NCBI RefSeq assembly: GCF_006345805.1
Contig: NC_043013.1
Span: 10,540,001-10,604,000 of the forward strand
From: Octopus sinensis
Taxonomy: Eukaryota
Direction of reading: 5' to 3'
DNA length: 64,000 bases
Within the stretch, counting starts at the first letter, position 1, and each line of letters starts with the position of its first letter. Below are positions 12,610-26,615 of the stretch, in pieces. Made by a program: the position numbers and the translations under genes. The notes under the pieces were generated by a model, which was given only the letters and a program-made list of their open reading frames with translations, did not search any database and had not been told where the DNA came from.

Positions 12610-13175
12610 TTGGGTTGTCCGGAAAGTTCTTGCCGATTTGTAGCAGCTTACCTTTCGACTTATTTTAGACCATAGTTGAGTCCATAAAATAGGATTTGAC
12701 TACACCTCCATTTAGAGCACAGTTTAAGCTATCTTTTCGTGGAAGAAGATTTATGTTCCTATAACCTGTGTCAATTCTGTAACCCTTTAAAACGGAAGAT
12801 AAGAAAGTTTATTTTCAGCACATGATGCTTTGGGAACCAGACAAAAATTGCTGCAGCTCGGCTGGGATGTGTCACCCCACCCTCCATATTCACCAGATAT
12901 TGCTCCTTCGGATTTCCACTTATTCAGGTCTCTGCAGAATAGTCTTAATAGTAAAAATTTCAATTCCTTGGATGAAGTAAAAAGATACCTTGATGAATTC
13001 TTTGCCATGAAACCATCTCAATTCTGGGAAGAGGGTATTTTCAAGTTAAAGGAAAGATGAAGACGCATTGTGCAACAAAACGGTTCATATTTGATTGATT
13101 AAAAGTGTAATAGCAAGTATTTATTGACCTTTTTCTTTTCTTTAAATGTCGGCACGAACTTTCCGGACAACCCAA
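12610..13175 (+). mobile_element. Internally deleted mariner element, TIRs intact
   Basis: ~27-bp TIRs ttgggttgtccggaaagttc(t/g)tgccga with TA TSD; retains only the transposase C-terminus (HPPYSPDIAPSDFHLF, 12830-13102, in-frame stop). Confidence 0.92.
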
Positions 13176-13266
13176 TATTTTATTGACATGTTACAATAAA
13201 AGAACAACAGTGACTTTGGAAAAACTCTTTTCGTTAGAGTTACTTCGCAATATTCTTTAGGAACAA

Positions 13267-13468
13267 GGTGGCAAGCCGGCCGAATTGTTACCACGCCTAA
13301 CAAAATGTTTAGCGGCATTTTGTCCGTCTTTAAGTTCTGAGTTCAAGTCTACTTTGCCTTTTATCCTTTCTGGGCCGATGAATTAAGTACGAGTTAAGCA
13401 CTGGGGTAGTTGGAATCGACTTCCCAGCTTCCCTGAAATTCCTGGCCTTGTGCCAATATTTAAAACCA
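13267..13468 (+). mobile_element. SINE family 2, degenerate
   Basis: Homology to other copies. Confidence 0.7.
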
Positions 13469-13515
13469 ATATTCGTTCGGAACTTACAGAGTTCTTTCTT
13501 AGTATCATGTGAATA

Positions 13516-13832
13516 GGAGCACTCCGTAGGTTACAACTCCGTAGGATACGATCAACGGAACAGCTTGCTCATGAAATTAACGTGCAAGTGGCTGAGCATT
13601 CCACGGACACGTGTACCTTTAATGTAGTTCTCAAGGAGATTCAGCGTGACAGAGAGTGTGACAAGGTTGGCCCTTTTGAAATACAGGTACTACTCAATTT
13701 TGCTAGCTGAGTGGACTAGAGCAACGTGAAATAAAGCTTCTTGCTCAAGAACACAACGCGTCGCCAGGAATCGAACTCACAACTTCACAATCATGAGCGG
13801 AATACCCTAACACCTAAGCCACGCGCCCTCAC
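13516..13832 (-). mobile_element. SINE sharing the family 1 3' half but with a different tRNA-like head
   Basis: 3' half matches 11600-11770; head diverges. Confidence 0.7.
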
Positions 13833-14131
13833 TCATACGAATACTAAACCTTTCTTAAACACACCACCACAGAGTCATGCAAGCCATTTTGATGAAAAAA
13901 ATGGGAGGTTGTCATTTCAAATTCCTTGCTTTTTTTAAAACTATTTATAGACTAAAACACCAACCACCAAAATTTGTACCTTCTATTCTGACCATTACAA
14001 GAAATTGGCTTTTGCTGTCGTTTACTTTCTTATTATCTGTAGTTTGGGCAAAATATCGAAGTCACAGTTTACTCTATACACACAAATATAAATATATGTA
14101 CAAATGCCCACTCGTACGCACACACATTCAC

Positions 14132-14177
<46 letters not shown>

Positions 14178-14180
14178 TAA

Positions 14181-14267
<87 letters not shown>

Positions 14268-14515
14268 GGATCATTTAATCTACACTAAATTTAAATAAAA
14301 GCTGCTAATAGTTTCTTGTTATCAAGACACGATTAAGACACGTGGTTCGTTACGTCCAAGAAAACATGTCTTAATGGCAAGAAACTATCAATAGCCGTTA
14401 TTCAAATACAATTTACATTAAATGATATTTTTTTATCTCTAACTGGATGGAGTACGCTTTTGTTGATCTTACCTGAACGGAAGAGAAAACTATTTGTAGG
14501 TTTAGACATTTTTAC

Positions 14516-14564
<49 letters not shown>

Positions 14565-14689
14565 ACACACATACAAACACACACACAAACACACACACAC
14601 ACACACATGCACAAGCACATGCACGCACATACACACACACACTCACACACGCGCGAGGTCTGAAGTATATAAAATAAGCCGGCTTAAAC

Positions 14690-15160
14690 ATCTTTCTTCT
14701 TGTTTCCTTCCTTCTTTCTTTCTTTCTTTCTTTCTTTCCTTCTTGCCTTCCTTTTTCTTTCTTTCTTTCTGTTTTTCCTTCTTTCTTTCTCTCATTCTTC
14801 CTGTCTTCCTTTAATCCTGCCTTTCTTTTTTTTCTTTATTATCCCTTCTTTCGTTCTCGATTTCTTTTATTTCTCTCTCTCTGTTTTTCCTTCTTTCTTT
14901 CATTCTTCCTTTCTTCCTTTAATTCTTTTTTCTGCCTTTCTTTTCTTTCATTCATTCTTCCTTTCTTTCTTTTCTTTTCTTTTTTATCCCTTCTTTCCTT
15001 CTTCCATTCCTCCTTTCGTTCTTTCTTTCCCTTTTTATTTCCTTCTTTCTTTTAATTCTTTCTTTCGTTTTTTAATTCTTTCATCTCTTCCTTTCCTTCT
15101 TTCTTTCTTTCTTCCTTTGTTTCTTTGTTTGTTTGTTTCTTTCTTTCTTTACTACATTGC
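14690..15160. repeat. (TTTC)n-rich polypyrimidine low-complexity tract
   Basis: Direct reading. Confidence 0.9.
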
Positions 15161-15849
15161 TTCGTAAATGCTTATACAAAAATTATGACTGTTATTTTTA
15201 GTATGTTTATCTCAACAGCTCGTCTTTAAACAGAAAGTTACACTTCTTGTCTTCATTGTGTGTAAGTAAATATATATTTTTTTTTTTTTTTTTCTTTCAA
15301 AACAAAATTCTATTTTTGATATATTTTTGACCGTCGACCACCTTTGACCATTGACTGCCGACTATTTGAAATAAATAAATAAATAAATAAATAAATAAAC
15401 TCCCAGCGGCATCTACCTTTGATTTTTGCTCATTATATAGCAATGAACTTTAATCGCCTTCGCCATTTTACTCCTCTTTGAAATGATGATGTTGATACCG
15501 GACGAAAGTATAAACATCAACAATGAGCTTTATTGCCCCTATATTTGCCCGTCCATTTTCATTTTTACGAGACTTCATTCCGTATGTGTTGCTGTCCAAC
15601 TAGGGGTCAGCTCTAATGGAGCAAGTCTGTAATCAAAGGCATTTTTAGCTGCGACTATTCAAACATATATATATATACACTTTTTTCCTAATTAATGTTT
15701 TTTTCTTTTTTTTATTTTGACGGCGTTAAGTTTTGAGATGCTAAGACTATCGAATGATGCTGCTATTTCTAGCAGGTTAGACGTCTACTTAAACGCGCTC
15801 TCATTAAATCGTCACACCGTTTATATTACACTCGTATTTTTTTATCTTA

Positions 15850-16810
15850 AATCTTTTACTTCTTTCAGTGCGGCCATGCTGGGGCACTTCTTGGAAGAAT
15901 TTTTAGACTAATGAATCACCCCCTACGATTATTTTTGTTAAGCATGATATTTATTTTCTCCGTGTTTTTTGCTGAGCCCTTAAGTTACGGGGACGTAAAC
16001 ACACCAACACTGGTTGTCAAGTGAACAACAACAGACACATAAAAGCATACACACACACCCATAAACATACTCACACACATTCACACACACACACACACAC
16101 ATACACGATGGACTTCTTTCAGTTTCCGTCGACCAAATCCACTCAACAGTCTTTGGTCAACCCGCGACTACAGTAGGAATCGCTAAACCAAGATACCACG
16201 CAGTGGGACTGAACCCGAAGCCATATAGTTGGGAAGCAAGATTCTTACCACACGGTCATGCCTACATATGTTCATTCACCCCAACATTACTTATAACATC
16301 TTTTCATTCATTCATCTTCTATACAATAGTGAAATGCCAAATCAACGAACGAAACTCGATGTGGTCATTGGATTTATTAGAAATAGCAACAAAATCTCTG
16401 TCAAATCATATACTTATTTTCTTATTTACTTGTTTTAGCCATTTGATTGTGGCCATTACTGGAGCACCACCTTGAAGGATTTTTAGTCGAACAAATTATT
16501 TTAAGCCGACTACTATTCTATCGATTCTTTATGCCGTACCGCTAGTTTACGGGTACGCAAGCACACCAACACCGGTTGTCAATCAGTGATGGGAGGGGGA
16601 CAAACACAAACAGAAAGACACATACACATAGATATACACACATATATATGCGACGGGCTTCTTTCAGTTTCCGTCTACCAAATCCACTCACAAAGATTTG
16701 GTCAGCCAGAGGCTATAGTAGAAGACACTTGCTCAAGGTGTCACGCATTGGGGCTGAACCCGGAAACATATTGTCGGGAAGCAAGCGTCTTACCACACAG
16801 TCACACCTGC
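15850..16810 (-). mobile_element. Two SINE family 3 copies (~15850-16265, ~16425-16810)
   Basis: Head and tail halves separated by a CA/TA microsatellite, as in other copies. Confidence 0.8.
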
Positions 16811-17494
16811 TTATGTTCATTCTTGTATTAGTAAACACACATATAGGAGCAGACATGTTTGTGCGGTAAGAAGGTTGCATCCCAACCACATGGTTCTAGG
16901 TTCAGTCCCTCTGCCTGGCGCATTAGGCAAGTAGCTTCTATTGTAGATTTGGGCCGGCCAGAGCCTTGTCAGTGGATTTGGTAGACAGAAACTGAAAGAA
17001 GCACTTCATATATATGTATGGGGTAGACAGATGCTAAAAGAAAACGGTCACATGCATGTATGTGTGTGTGTGTGTGGGGGGGGGTACATGTACACGCGCG
17101 TGCGCATGTCCATCAATGGGACTGAACACGAAAGCACGTGGTCGCAGTCACGTGGTTCGGCTGTATTAATATCATGTTATCCAAACCACAATATTAACTT
17201 AGATGGAGATGCGATCTTTACTGGTTCCCACACGTGTAAGACCTATGGAATTGGAGTGCGGTTTGAAAAGCAACATATCATCTACTATTTGTAAGAAAAA
17301 GCATATTTGTCATGACTCCGAGGAGAAACGGTCATTGTAGTCAATGAAAGAAAACTTCCAATCGCTAAACGTGCGTGATCATTATTCAGCTATGATCAGT
17401 AAGATCACCGCAACAGATAGTCTCGCCATCATTCAGTATAAATCCTGATGTTGCAAACACTACATCATTGATATTTATCTTCTATTTATTTCAG

Positions 17495-17547
17495 TGCCAA
17501 AGCTTCTTTCATTGACACAGCTACTACGAATCATCAACAATGATCAG
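17495..17547 (+). other. Candidate 53-bp coding micro-exon (host gene unknown)
   Basis: ttctatttatttcag acceptor, cag|gtgaga donor, one open frame (PKLLSLTQLLRIINNDQ). Confidence 0.2.
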
Positions 17548-19654
17548 GTGAGACCAGAAATGAAAAACTGTTCCATTACTTTGGAGGGCAAGGTGTGAGC
17601 CTACCGACTGCGCCGGATAAAACGCTCAGCGGAATTTCTTCCTGCTTTGCTTTCTCAGTTAAAATTTCGGCGAGGTCGACATTGCTATTTATCCTTTCGA
17701 GATCGCTAAAATGTACCAGTTAAGCACTTGAATCGATCTAATGATCTAGCTACTCTCCACGAAATTTCAGGCCTTGTGCGTATAGTAAAAAACGTTTAAG
17801 TTGGAAGGTGCTGCTGCTATAACTTATAGCGATATCCTAGTCCCCATGGAGGAAAATCCCAATTCACTAACCTAGTGCAAAGTCTCCCATTAATATGCGG
17901 GAATATTTGGCGTACGGAAGTACTGTCCATTATATGCAGCTTATACTGATACTACGGTGGTCTCTGCTTCTTGGTGGTAGCCACTTTCGTCCCATATCCG
18001 AACTCATTCCTCCTCTTGCTATCCATATTATGTAAAAATGCCAGGCCTATCATAATCCTCTATATATGCGCTATCTTCTTTGGAATGTTGGTTCTTTGGA
18101 ATTCCCTCTCTCTATATTTTTTTCTGAAGTTGCATAATAACAATAGTCCGAAATGAACATAAGCTATATCGATGTCAAAAGTTTTAGATCAATGCTTTGA
18201 AATGTTCTATTTTGAAATATCCAGTATTCTTTCCCCATGTCTTAAATATCTAAGATCACATTACCTAATTTTTCTTTCTTCTTCGAAATGGCAATAAGTG
18301 AACAGAAATCTTGTTATTTCTTGCTGGTCTAGGTACCATCAAAAAGTTCCCGCTTTAGCACATCATAACAGCTAGATAAAAAGATTGTGGGTGTTTGTGG
18401 GCAAACGCAATGTTTAGAAGAAGGCGTGGAATGCGCGCGCCTGTCTCTGTGTGTAAGTTTGTGTGACTCTGTGTATGTGTGTGTGTGTGTGTTTGTTTGT
18501 ATGTAACTATGTATAAAGAAACAAAATGGTGACTGCAAACAACGCGGAAGGTGACGGAAAAAGGCGTTGCTGTAAGATTAGCGGTATCCAAAATGGTATA
18601 CACTTATCAAAGCAGAAGGGTGGATTATAGCGATAGTATCAAATAATGATGATGATGATAATGATGAGAAGCAAGAGAGGAATATGAAGAACAACAACAA
18701 CTTGAATAAATGAAGAATTTCATTTATTTGAACTGGCCCTCATTTATACGTACAATAAAGGAGTAACAAATGCATTAGAACAATGTGTATATTTTCGACA
18801 AAATCAAGCACAAGGGAAGGGGAAAAGGACATTTTACTATATCATAGCATATGCTAAAAATAATCTAAATTATGTTCAGATTAGGCGCCGGAGTGGCTGT
18901 GCGGTAAGAAGCTTGCTTGCCAACCATATGGTTCTGGATTCAGTTCCATTGCGTGGCACCTTCGACGATTGTCTTCTACTATAACCTCGAGCCGATCAAA
19001 GCCTTGCGAGTGGATTTGGTAGATGGAAACTGAAAGAAGCCTATATATTAATATACACACATACACGCGCTACCATACACACACGCTACCATATGCACAC
19101 AGGCTATCGCACACACACATGTCTACACCACCACACGCGTAGACACTCACGCACACACACTCAGTTTCTGCCACACAAACACATGTTACCGTTCGCACAC
19201 ACGCTACCACACGCGGAACCAAACATAAACACACACACACACCCATACACACTGTTACCAACCATTCTTCACACATTCCTGTCATAGAAAGCACTTTCTC
19301 TTTCTCCATCTACTTCCGGTCATTTCAAAAATTTTACTACATATGGACTGTTGGCGATTTTTTCCTCCTTCTTCCTTTTCTTTTGGATTTTGCTATGTCT
19401 CCTATTTCCGAAGAAGAGCTATGCTCAAAACGTAAAACAACCACTCTTTCCTTCTCTGAGCGTCTTCTTAATACTTTCCATGTCCTACGTCTTCGCGTTG
19501 TTGTTTTTCTTGTCTTTTTCTCCGTATTTTAAAAAATTAATCTCCCCCCACATATATATATGTGTATATATATATATATTATATATATATATATATATAT
19601 AATATATATATATATAATATATATATATATAATATCTATATATATATATATATT

Positions 19655-19718
<64 letters not shown>

Positions 19719-21272
19719 CATACATACATATCAATGTATATATCTATGCATATGTGTCTGTGTGTCTTTGTGTCTATGTATGTACCCCCATTAACGCTTG
19801 CCAACCAGTGTTGCTGTGTTTAGAGGTTCGGCAAAGAATAAGTCCTGGTTTGATTTATTCGATTAAAAACCTTTCCAGGAGGTGCTCCAGGATGGCCGCA
19901 GTCAAATGAGTGAAACAAGTAAAAGAATGAAAGAATAGAATTATCAAAACACAATCAAATATATGAAATCCTTTATATAACTTTTAATGGAATACAATTG
20001 AAAAAACAATGCCAACCTACCAACAAACGAGTAAGAAACTTCAACGAAGGTCATATTTAAAATTTCTCACAGTTCTTGTGCATTCTTTCTTCGACCTCTC
20101 TACTTGCTGTCTACGTAATTACTCGCCCCAACAGTTTCTTTCATCAATTTTAGATGCAGAACAGTCAAGAAAAATCCAGCGTTTATGTAAAGTTCTTAAG
20201 ATTACTTTTTATTAATATCCTGCTTTCGCATGTTCCATTGCTCTCACCAATAACTTTGTAAATGTATTATCTCTTTTCGCCAGCTCTTCGTTTACTATGC
20301 GTATAAATAAGCTGTGAATTTCATTGTGAATTCGGAAGATGTGGCTTCTTTGTCACACTCAACTACCTAGCCATGTTTTAACTTTCCACAATCTACTGCT
20401 CTTTTCATTGTTTCCAGAATTCTACTGCTCTTATCTGCTGCCCACTCACTTTGCGTGGAGAGCTAGGTATGACATAGGCGATGATACACAGAAGTACAAA
20501 AGCTATAACATCTTCAGAGATCCTATACTGCGCGGTACGTTTGTAGTCATTTGTAACGTACGCCTTCCGTCATTTCGTCTCAGTAACGCAGCGGCTATCA
20601 TTGCTCAACATTTTGGAGTCTCATATCTAGAATGCTGTTAGTCGCATACAGGCCTCCACCAGACGATCTCCAATGTACTTTTACGCTGTTTTAGTTTTAA
20701 TTGTGTTTTAAAAGTATACATTCAAAACTGTTCTATGTTCTGGGAACCTGAGGAACTGTGTAGTTCCATTTTGTTTTTGCCCTTGAGGATGGATTTCTTT
20801 TGCAGAAACTTCACTAATTAAGATATATTATCAAAGCAATGGCGTTAAAATTTTCAGCAGGATGCCAGAAGGAGTACTTGAAAGAGGTGTTAAGACCGCC
20901 GTACTTAGAACGCTGTCTTTACCTTGCTTTCCTACCCGCAACGGCACTTGTAAAAGCAGAAACCGAAGCGTGCTCACCAATCCGAAAACAAATGCGGTGG
21001 TGGTAACAAAAATACCAACCACAGTATCACTCTCAATGGCTAGATCGTGGGTTCGATTCCCAGAACGAGCGGTGCGTTGCGTTATTGAGCAAAACACTTC
21101 ATTTCACGTTACTCCAGTTCACCTTTCGACCAGGTGACCGGTGGGGGAGTCATGTTACTTTCATCGCCTAGACAGCGGAGTGGCATCATTTGAAGGTTAA
21201 AATTATGCAAAACGGATTGTGACCAGTGATGTATAGCAACACCAGATAGTCTGGTCGGTCCCGTGATGACGT

Positions 21273-21310
<38 letters not shown>

Positions 21311-22105
21311 GAAACAGTCGAACTCGGTGGAATTTGAACTCAGGACGTAGTGATAAGCGAAATACCGCTAAGCAAATTCCGCTGAGGTCGACTTTGCCTT
21401 TTATCCATCGGGGTCGATAAATTAAGTACCAATTGCGTACTGGGGGTCGATCTCTTCGATTGGCCAAATGCTAAAAAATTTCGGGCCGTGTGCCTAGAAA
21501 AGAAAAGAATATACAAATATGTGGGAGGGGGGGGGGGCTTGTGTTTGTCCTTAGTCACTGCTTGACAACCGTGGTTTGTTTGGTTACGTCCTTGTAACTC
21601 AGCGGTTCGGTAGAAGGGTAAGACAGAGTAAGTACCAAAATTAAAAAAATTAGTACTGGGTTAAATTTATTCGAGTAAATTTGCTCAAAGCGGGCCCCAA
21701 CGTAATCAGAGTTCAGTGACTGAAACGAGGAAAAGCTGCAAGTTTTATAATAACTGTGTCTATCATAGGCGCACTGTCCGACATTTGCTGGACTAGACTA
21801 AGCGATCACATTGAACTCAGTACTTGACTGGTATTTTACACTATCGATCCCGAAAGTATGATAGGCAAAATTGATCACGACATGTATTCAGTACAGAATG
21901 TAGAATCGAAAGTAAAGCCGCTAAGCATTTTATCAGGAGTGCTAACGGCTCTGCCAACTAACAGACCGTGAGTTGCTAGGTCAAGTTTTCTGTCAAATAA
22001 ATAAATTGATACCCGAAACAGACACAATCCTCTTTCATTGGAATATAGAAAGCATATCTGTATAAAATTCTTAGTATACATGAATATGTGCATGGTTGCA
22101 TGCAC

Positions 22106-22136
<31 letters not shown>

Positions 22137-22286
22137 TGTATGTATGTATGTATGTATGCATGTATGTATGTATGTATGTATGTATGTATGTAGGTAGGTA
22201 GGTATGTATATATGTTAGTATGTATACAAGTACGCATGAATACATGTAAGTTGAATAATGATAATAATAATGATATAATAATAATG

Positions 22287-22349
<63 letters not shown>

Positions 22350-22439
22350 TAATGATTTCATTTATTTGGCACAAGAGCGAAGGAATAGGGGGGCAATAAA
22401 GAGACAGTCATAAAGTGTGGGGTTTATATGGAATAATGA

Positions 22440-23042
22440 AATGTTAATTTTTTAAAATTAAAAAATATACACGGTGTACACTGGAAAAGAAGAGACATAT
22501 GCATAGCATACAGAGGTAACAAAAAGAAGAAAAGAAATAGGTGTGGGGGAGGATGATAGAGATGTGGCCCTCCTGGTACACGAACGCCTCTAGGGATAAT
22601 CGTAGAGCCCCACTGACCGACTTAAACCTTATTACCAAGTGCCTCTCCAAATCCTTCTCTCCGACTTACAGGTACCATCTCCGACTTAGAGAGGTACCAT
22701 CAACTTTTGCCACTTTCACAATTTTCTCTCACCTTCTCTAAATTCACTCGATGACAGCACTCACCTCTTCATTCTCAATTTCCCTTTCAAGTGAGACTTG
22801 ATAAAGTCAATAAGAGGAATATATCACTGTCCTCATGCCTTTCAGCCTTTCCACCAAACAAACTCTTTCCCCACAGCCATCAAGCAAAGAAAAACTGCCT
22901 TGTCTACCCTATTGAAGAAGGGCGGTGGTGCAATCATCACTACAGACTCAGTCGACAGACATGTCCGTCCCACACGTGATAGCAGCAGTTCAACATAACT
23001 CCACAAGTCAGCAATGCTCGGACACTGAACGAGGGCGTGCAC
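22440..23042 (-). mobile_element. L1/Tx1-clade LINE ORF2 3' relic (zf-RVT region)
   Basis: HALVQCPSIADLWSYVE...KEFVWWK; multiple stops. Confidence 0.7.
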
Positions 23043-23044
23043 TC

Positions 23045-24092
23045 TGGCTTGAAATTTTGGAGGAGGGGGTCTAGTCGATTATATTGACCCTCCGGATTTC
23101 AATGGTACTTAATTCATCAACCTCGAAAGGATGAATGTAAAGTCAACCCCGGCGGAATTTGAACTCAGAACGTAACGACGGGCGAAATACACTAAGAATT
23201 TGGTCCACCGTGCTAATGATTCCATCAGCTCGTTGCCTCACTTCTATTCATAACATTCCTTTCTACTATAGGCACAAAGCCCGAAATTTTGCGGGAGGGG
23301 CTACTCGATTACATCGATCCCATTATTTCACTGATACTTAATTTATCGGCATTGAAAGGATGAAAGGCAAAGTCGACGTCGGCGGGATTTGAACTCAGAA
23401 CCTAACTTCATGCGAAATACCGATAAACATTTCGTCCAACGTGATAAGGATTCTGCCAGCTCACTGCGTTACTAGTAATCCTTTCTACTATAGGTACAAG
23501 GCCTGCAGTTTGGGGGGAGGGGGACTAGTCGATTACATCGACCCCAGTGTTTCATAGGTACTTAATTTATCGACATCGAATGTAAGAAAGGCAAAGTCGA
23601 CCTCGGCGGAATCTGAACTCAGAAAGTAGCGACGGGTGAAATACCGCTAATAATTTCGACCAGCAGGATAACGAATCGTATTTCTTTATTGCCCACAAGG
23701 GGCTAAACATAGAGGGGACAAACAAGGACAGACAAAGGGATTAAGTCGATTGCATCGACTTCAGTGCGTAACTGGTACTTTAGTTATCGACCCTGAAAGG
23801 GGGAAAAGCAAAGTCTAACTCGGCGGAATTTCAACTCAGAATGTAACGGCAGACGAAATACCTATTTCTTTACTACCCACAGGGGGTCAAACACAGAGAG
23901 GACAAACAAGGACAGACAAACGGATTAAGTCGATTACATAGACCCCAGTGCGTAACTGGTACTTATTTAATCGACTCCGAAAGGATGAAAGGCAAAGTCG
24001 ACCTCGGCGGAATTTGAACTCAGAACCTAACGGCAGACGAAATACCGCTAAGCATTTCGCTCGGCGTGCTAACGATTCTGCCTGCTCGCCTC
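23045..24092 (-). mobile_element. Cluster of ~5 head-to-tail SINE family 2 copies
   Basis: Repeated gaaaggcaaagtcgacctcggcggaatttgaactcagaa blocks. Confidence 0.85.
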
Positions 24093-24296
24093 TTCACAAC
24101 GACTACTACTAATAATAATGAGAACATGAGTACAGTACTTTAGTGAGATTAGGAGCTTGAGAGAATAACTAGCTACGAGTGAAAGATTAAGTGATAAAAA
24201 TATAGTAATTAAAGATAGAGAAATAAAGAGCGTGATGATGAAAGAGATAGATAGAAATATAGATATATATTTAGATAGATAGATCGATAGATAGAG

Positions 24297-24349
<53 letters not shown>

Positions 24350-24918
24350 CAAAGGTATTAAACATGTTTGTAGGTGTGTCCTCTATCGGTCGACATATGG
24401 GTGGACTCCACTTCAGGATACAACTGCCTGACTGAATTTGGTTTAGCAATGGCGGTTTACGGTGCATTCCATTGCGTATAACATCAATCTAATTGTGTTG
24501 CAGCCATACGTTTTCTGTCCAATAAAGTAAAAGCCGATACATGCAGCTTTGAAACGGCTATTTCATTGGAATTTTGAAAAGCATAAAATGGATATGTTTA
24601 TATGTGTGTGTGTGTATGTATGTATGAATGTAGGTATTGTGCATTTTCACCAAAACTTATGTGTGTGCACGTATGCTTGCATGAAGCATCTCAGTGCATG
24701 TGGAAAGTGGACTTATGGAGATATGCATATATTGATACGTATATATATGTGCATAAATAGATAAATATACGCCCACACACACACATGTATATATGTATTG
24801 TTGTGTGTGCTCGTGTGTGTATGTGCGTGTGTTTGTGGCTTTATGTACCAATTACGTGTAGTTAGTAATGTTTTTTTACTGTACTAGTGATCGTGTATGT
24901 ATGTATATAATATATTAA

Positions 24919-24969
<51 letters not shown>

Positions 24970-25298
24970 TAGATAGATAGATAGATACATACATACCATA
25001 CAATATATACTTAGATATACATGAGTGAGAGAAAGAGAGTTGCTTATATACACATGAAATGTGTATATGTACATACATATGTATAATATATATGTATATA
25101 TATATATACTGGATATATATAATAATATGTATATATGAGTTAGTATGCATATGATATATATATATATATTATATATATATATGTAGATGTATGTATATTA
25201 TATGTATATATATATGTATGTATACATATATATGTATATATATATGTATATAACGCACACATACACACACGCGCACACACACACATGTATATATATAT

Positions 25299-25368
<70 letters not shown>

Positions 25369-25631
25369 TACACACATAATATATATAAACATATGCATTT
25401 ACAAGTAAATGTATTCTTCAACTTTTTTTATATTTCTACTAGTTTCAGCCATTTGACTGCGGTTATGTTTAGTAACTGCTTGAAAAGCATTTAGTCGAAG
25501 AAATCGAAGCCAAGGCAAATGCTGTTACAGCGTAATACTTATGCTATCGGGTGATTTTGGCGAACCGCTAGATTATGGAGAGGTGATCACACCAGCAACG
25601 TTTGCCAAGTGGCGGACACATTCACATAGTC

Positions 25632-25667
<36 letters not shown>

Positions 25668-25669
<2 letters not shown>

Positions 25670-25931
25670 CGAAAGGTATCTCTTAGTTTCCGTCTATGAA
25701 ATACAATCTCAAGAGGTTAGTCGTCTCGAAGTTGCAGTAGTGACACTCACCCAAGGTAGACAAAGTGTGACTGAACTGGCTGGGTAGTAAGAAGTTTGCT
25801 TCTCAACCACATGGTTCCGGGTTCAGTCACACTTTGTGCTACCTTGGGTGAGTGTCAGCTACTGCAACTTCGAGACGACTAACCTCTTGAGAGTGTATTT
25901 CATAGACGAAAACTAAGAGATACCTTTCGCA
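25668..25931. repeat. SINE family 3 head with ~110-bp inverted duplication
   Basis: Arms 25668-25776 and 25821-25931: 2 mismatches and 2 indels; (TA)n on both sides. Confidence 0.9.
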
Positions 25932-26091
25932 TATATATATATATATATAAATGTGTGTGTGTGTGTGTGTGTGTTGTGTGTGTATCTATATATGTGTGAG
26001 TATATATAAAAGTGTGGGTGTTTGTAGGTGCATTCTTGTGGATATATGAACCAGAATGGGACCGCATATTCTAGGGAGTTTATGAGTCATG

Positions 26092-26135
<44 letters not shown>

Positions 26136-26552
26136 GTTATATTGTTTAAGCGTGGTTTATATTCCTAGTCCTAGCAATACACCGATAAAGCACGTTCACT
26201 GCCTATGGCTCCCCGATGCAATGGAATCTGTGACTACTGTGGCTAACAATATGCTGTATTAAATCCTAGCAAAACAGAGCTCATTTAATGGGATACCTCT
26301 TATTGCATAACCTGACGAGAAGCTCCTTGCTCCGAGCAATACTCCACAAATAGATGTATAGCTTCGCACCCGTGTGGGATCGTTCCAGATTGTTTCGAAA
26401 CGATTGCTGTGAGCGATAAATTCTTATATATATATATATATATATATATTGGTAAAAACTGTAAGATAACAAAAGAAAGAAAAAGACCTCAATATTATGT
26501 AAATAGAGGAATTTATCTGTAAATGTAATATCTGACAATTATTCCGTAGCCA

Positions 26553-26615
26553 AGATAAAACTCTGGGTTTCGGATGCCGAGGTGGAAATCCACACCACCA
26601 TCTCTTCAGTTATCC
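26553..26615 (-). ncRNA. Type I hammerhead ribozyme with minimal stem III
   Basis: GGAUAA CUGAAGA GAUG..CAUC C GAA AC CCAGA GU U UUAUCU; GUU triplet; inside a ~170-bp insert (26449-26619) in (TA)n. Confidence 0.7.

Noticed and set aside
24374-24481. Peptide CPLSVDIWVDST...AMAVY reminiscent of vertebrate p53
   Set aside because: Spacing differs, the frame ends in a stop, and mollusc p53 as I recall it lacks WVDST; likely chance
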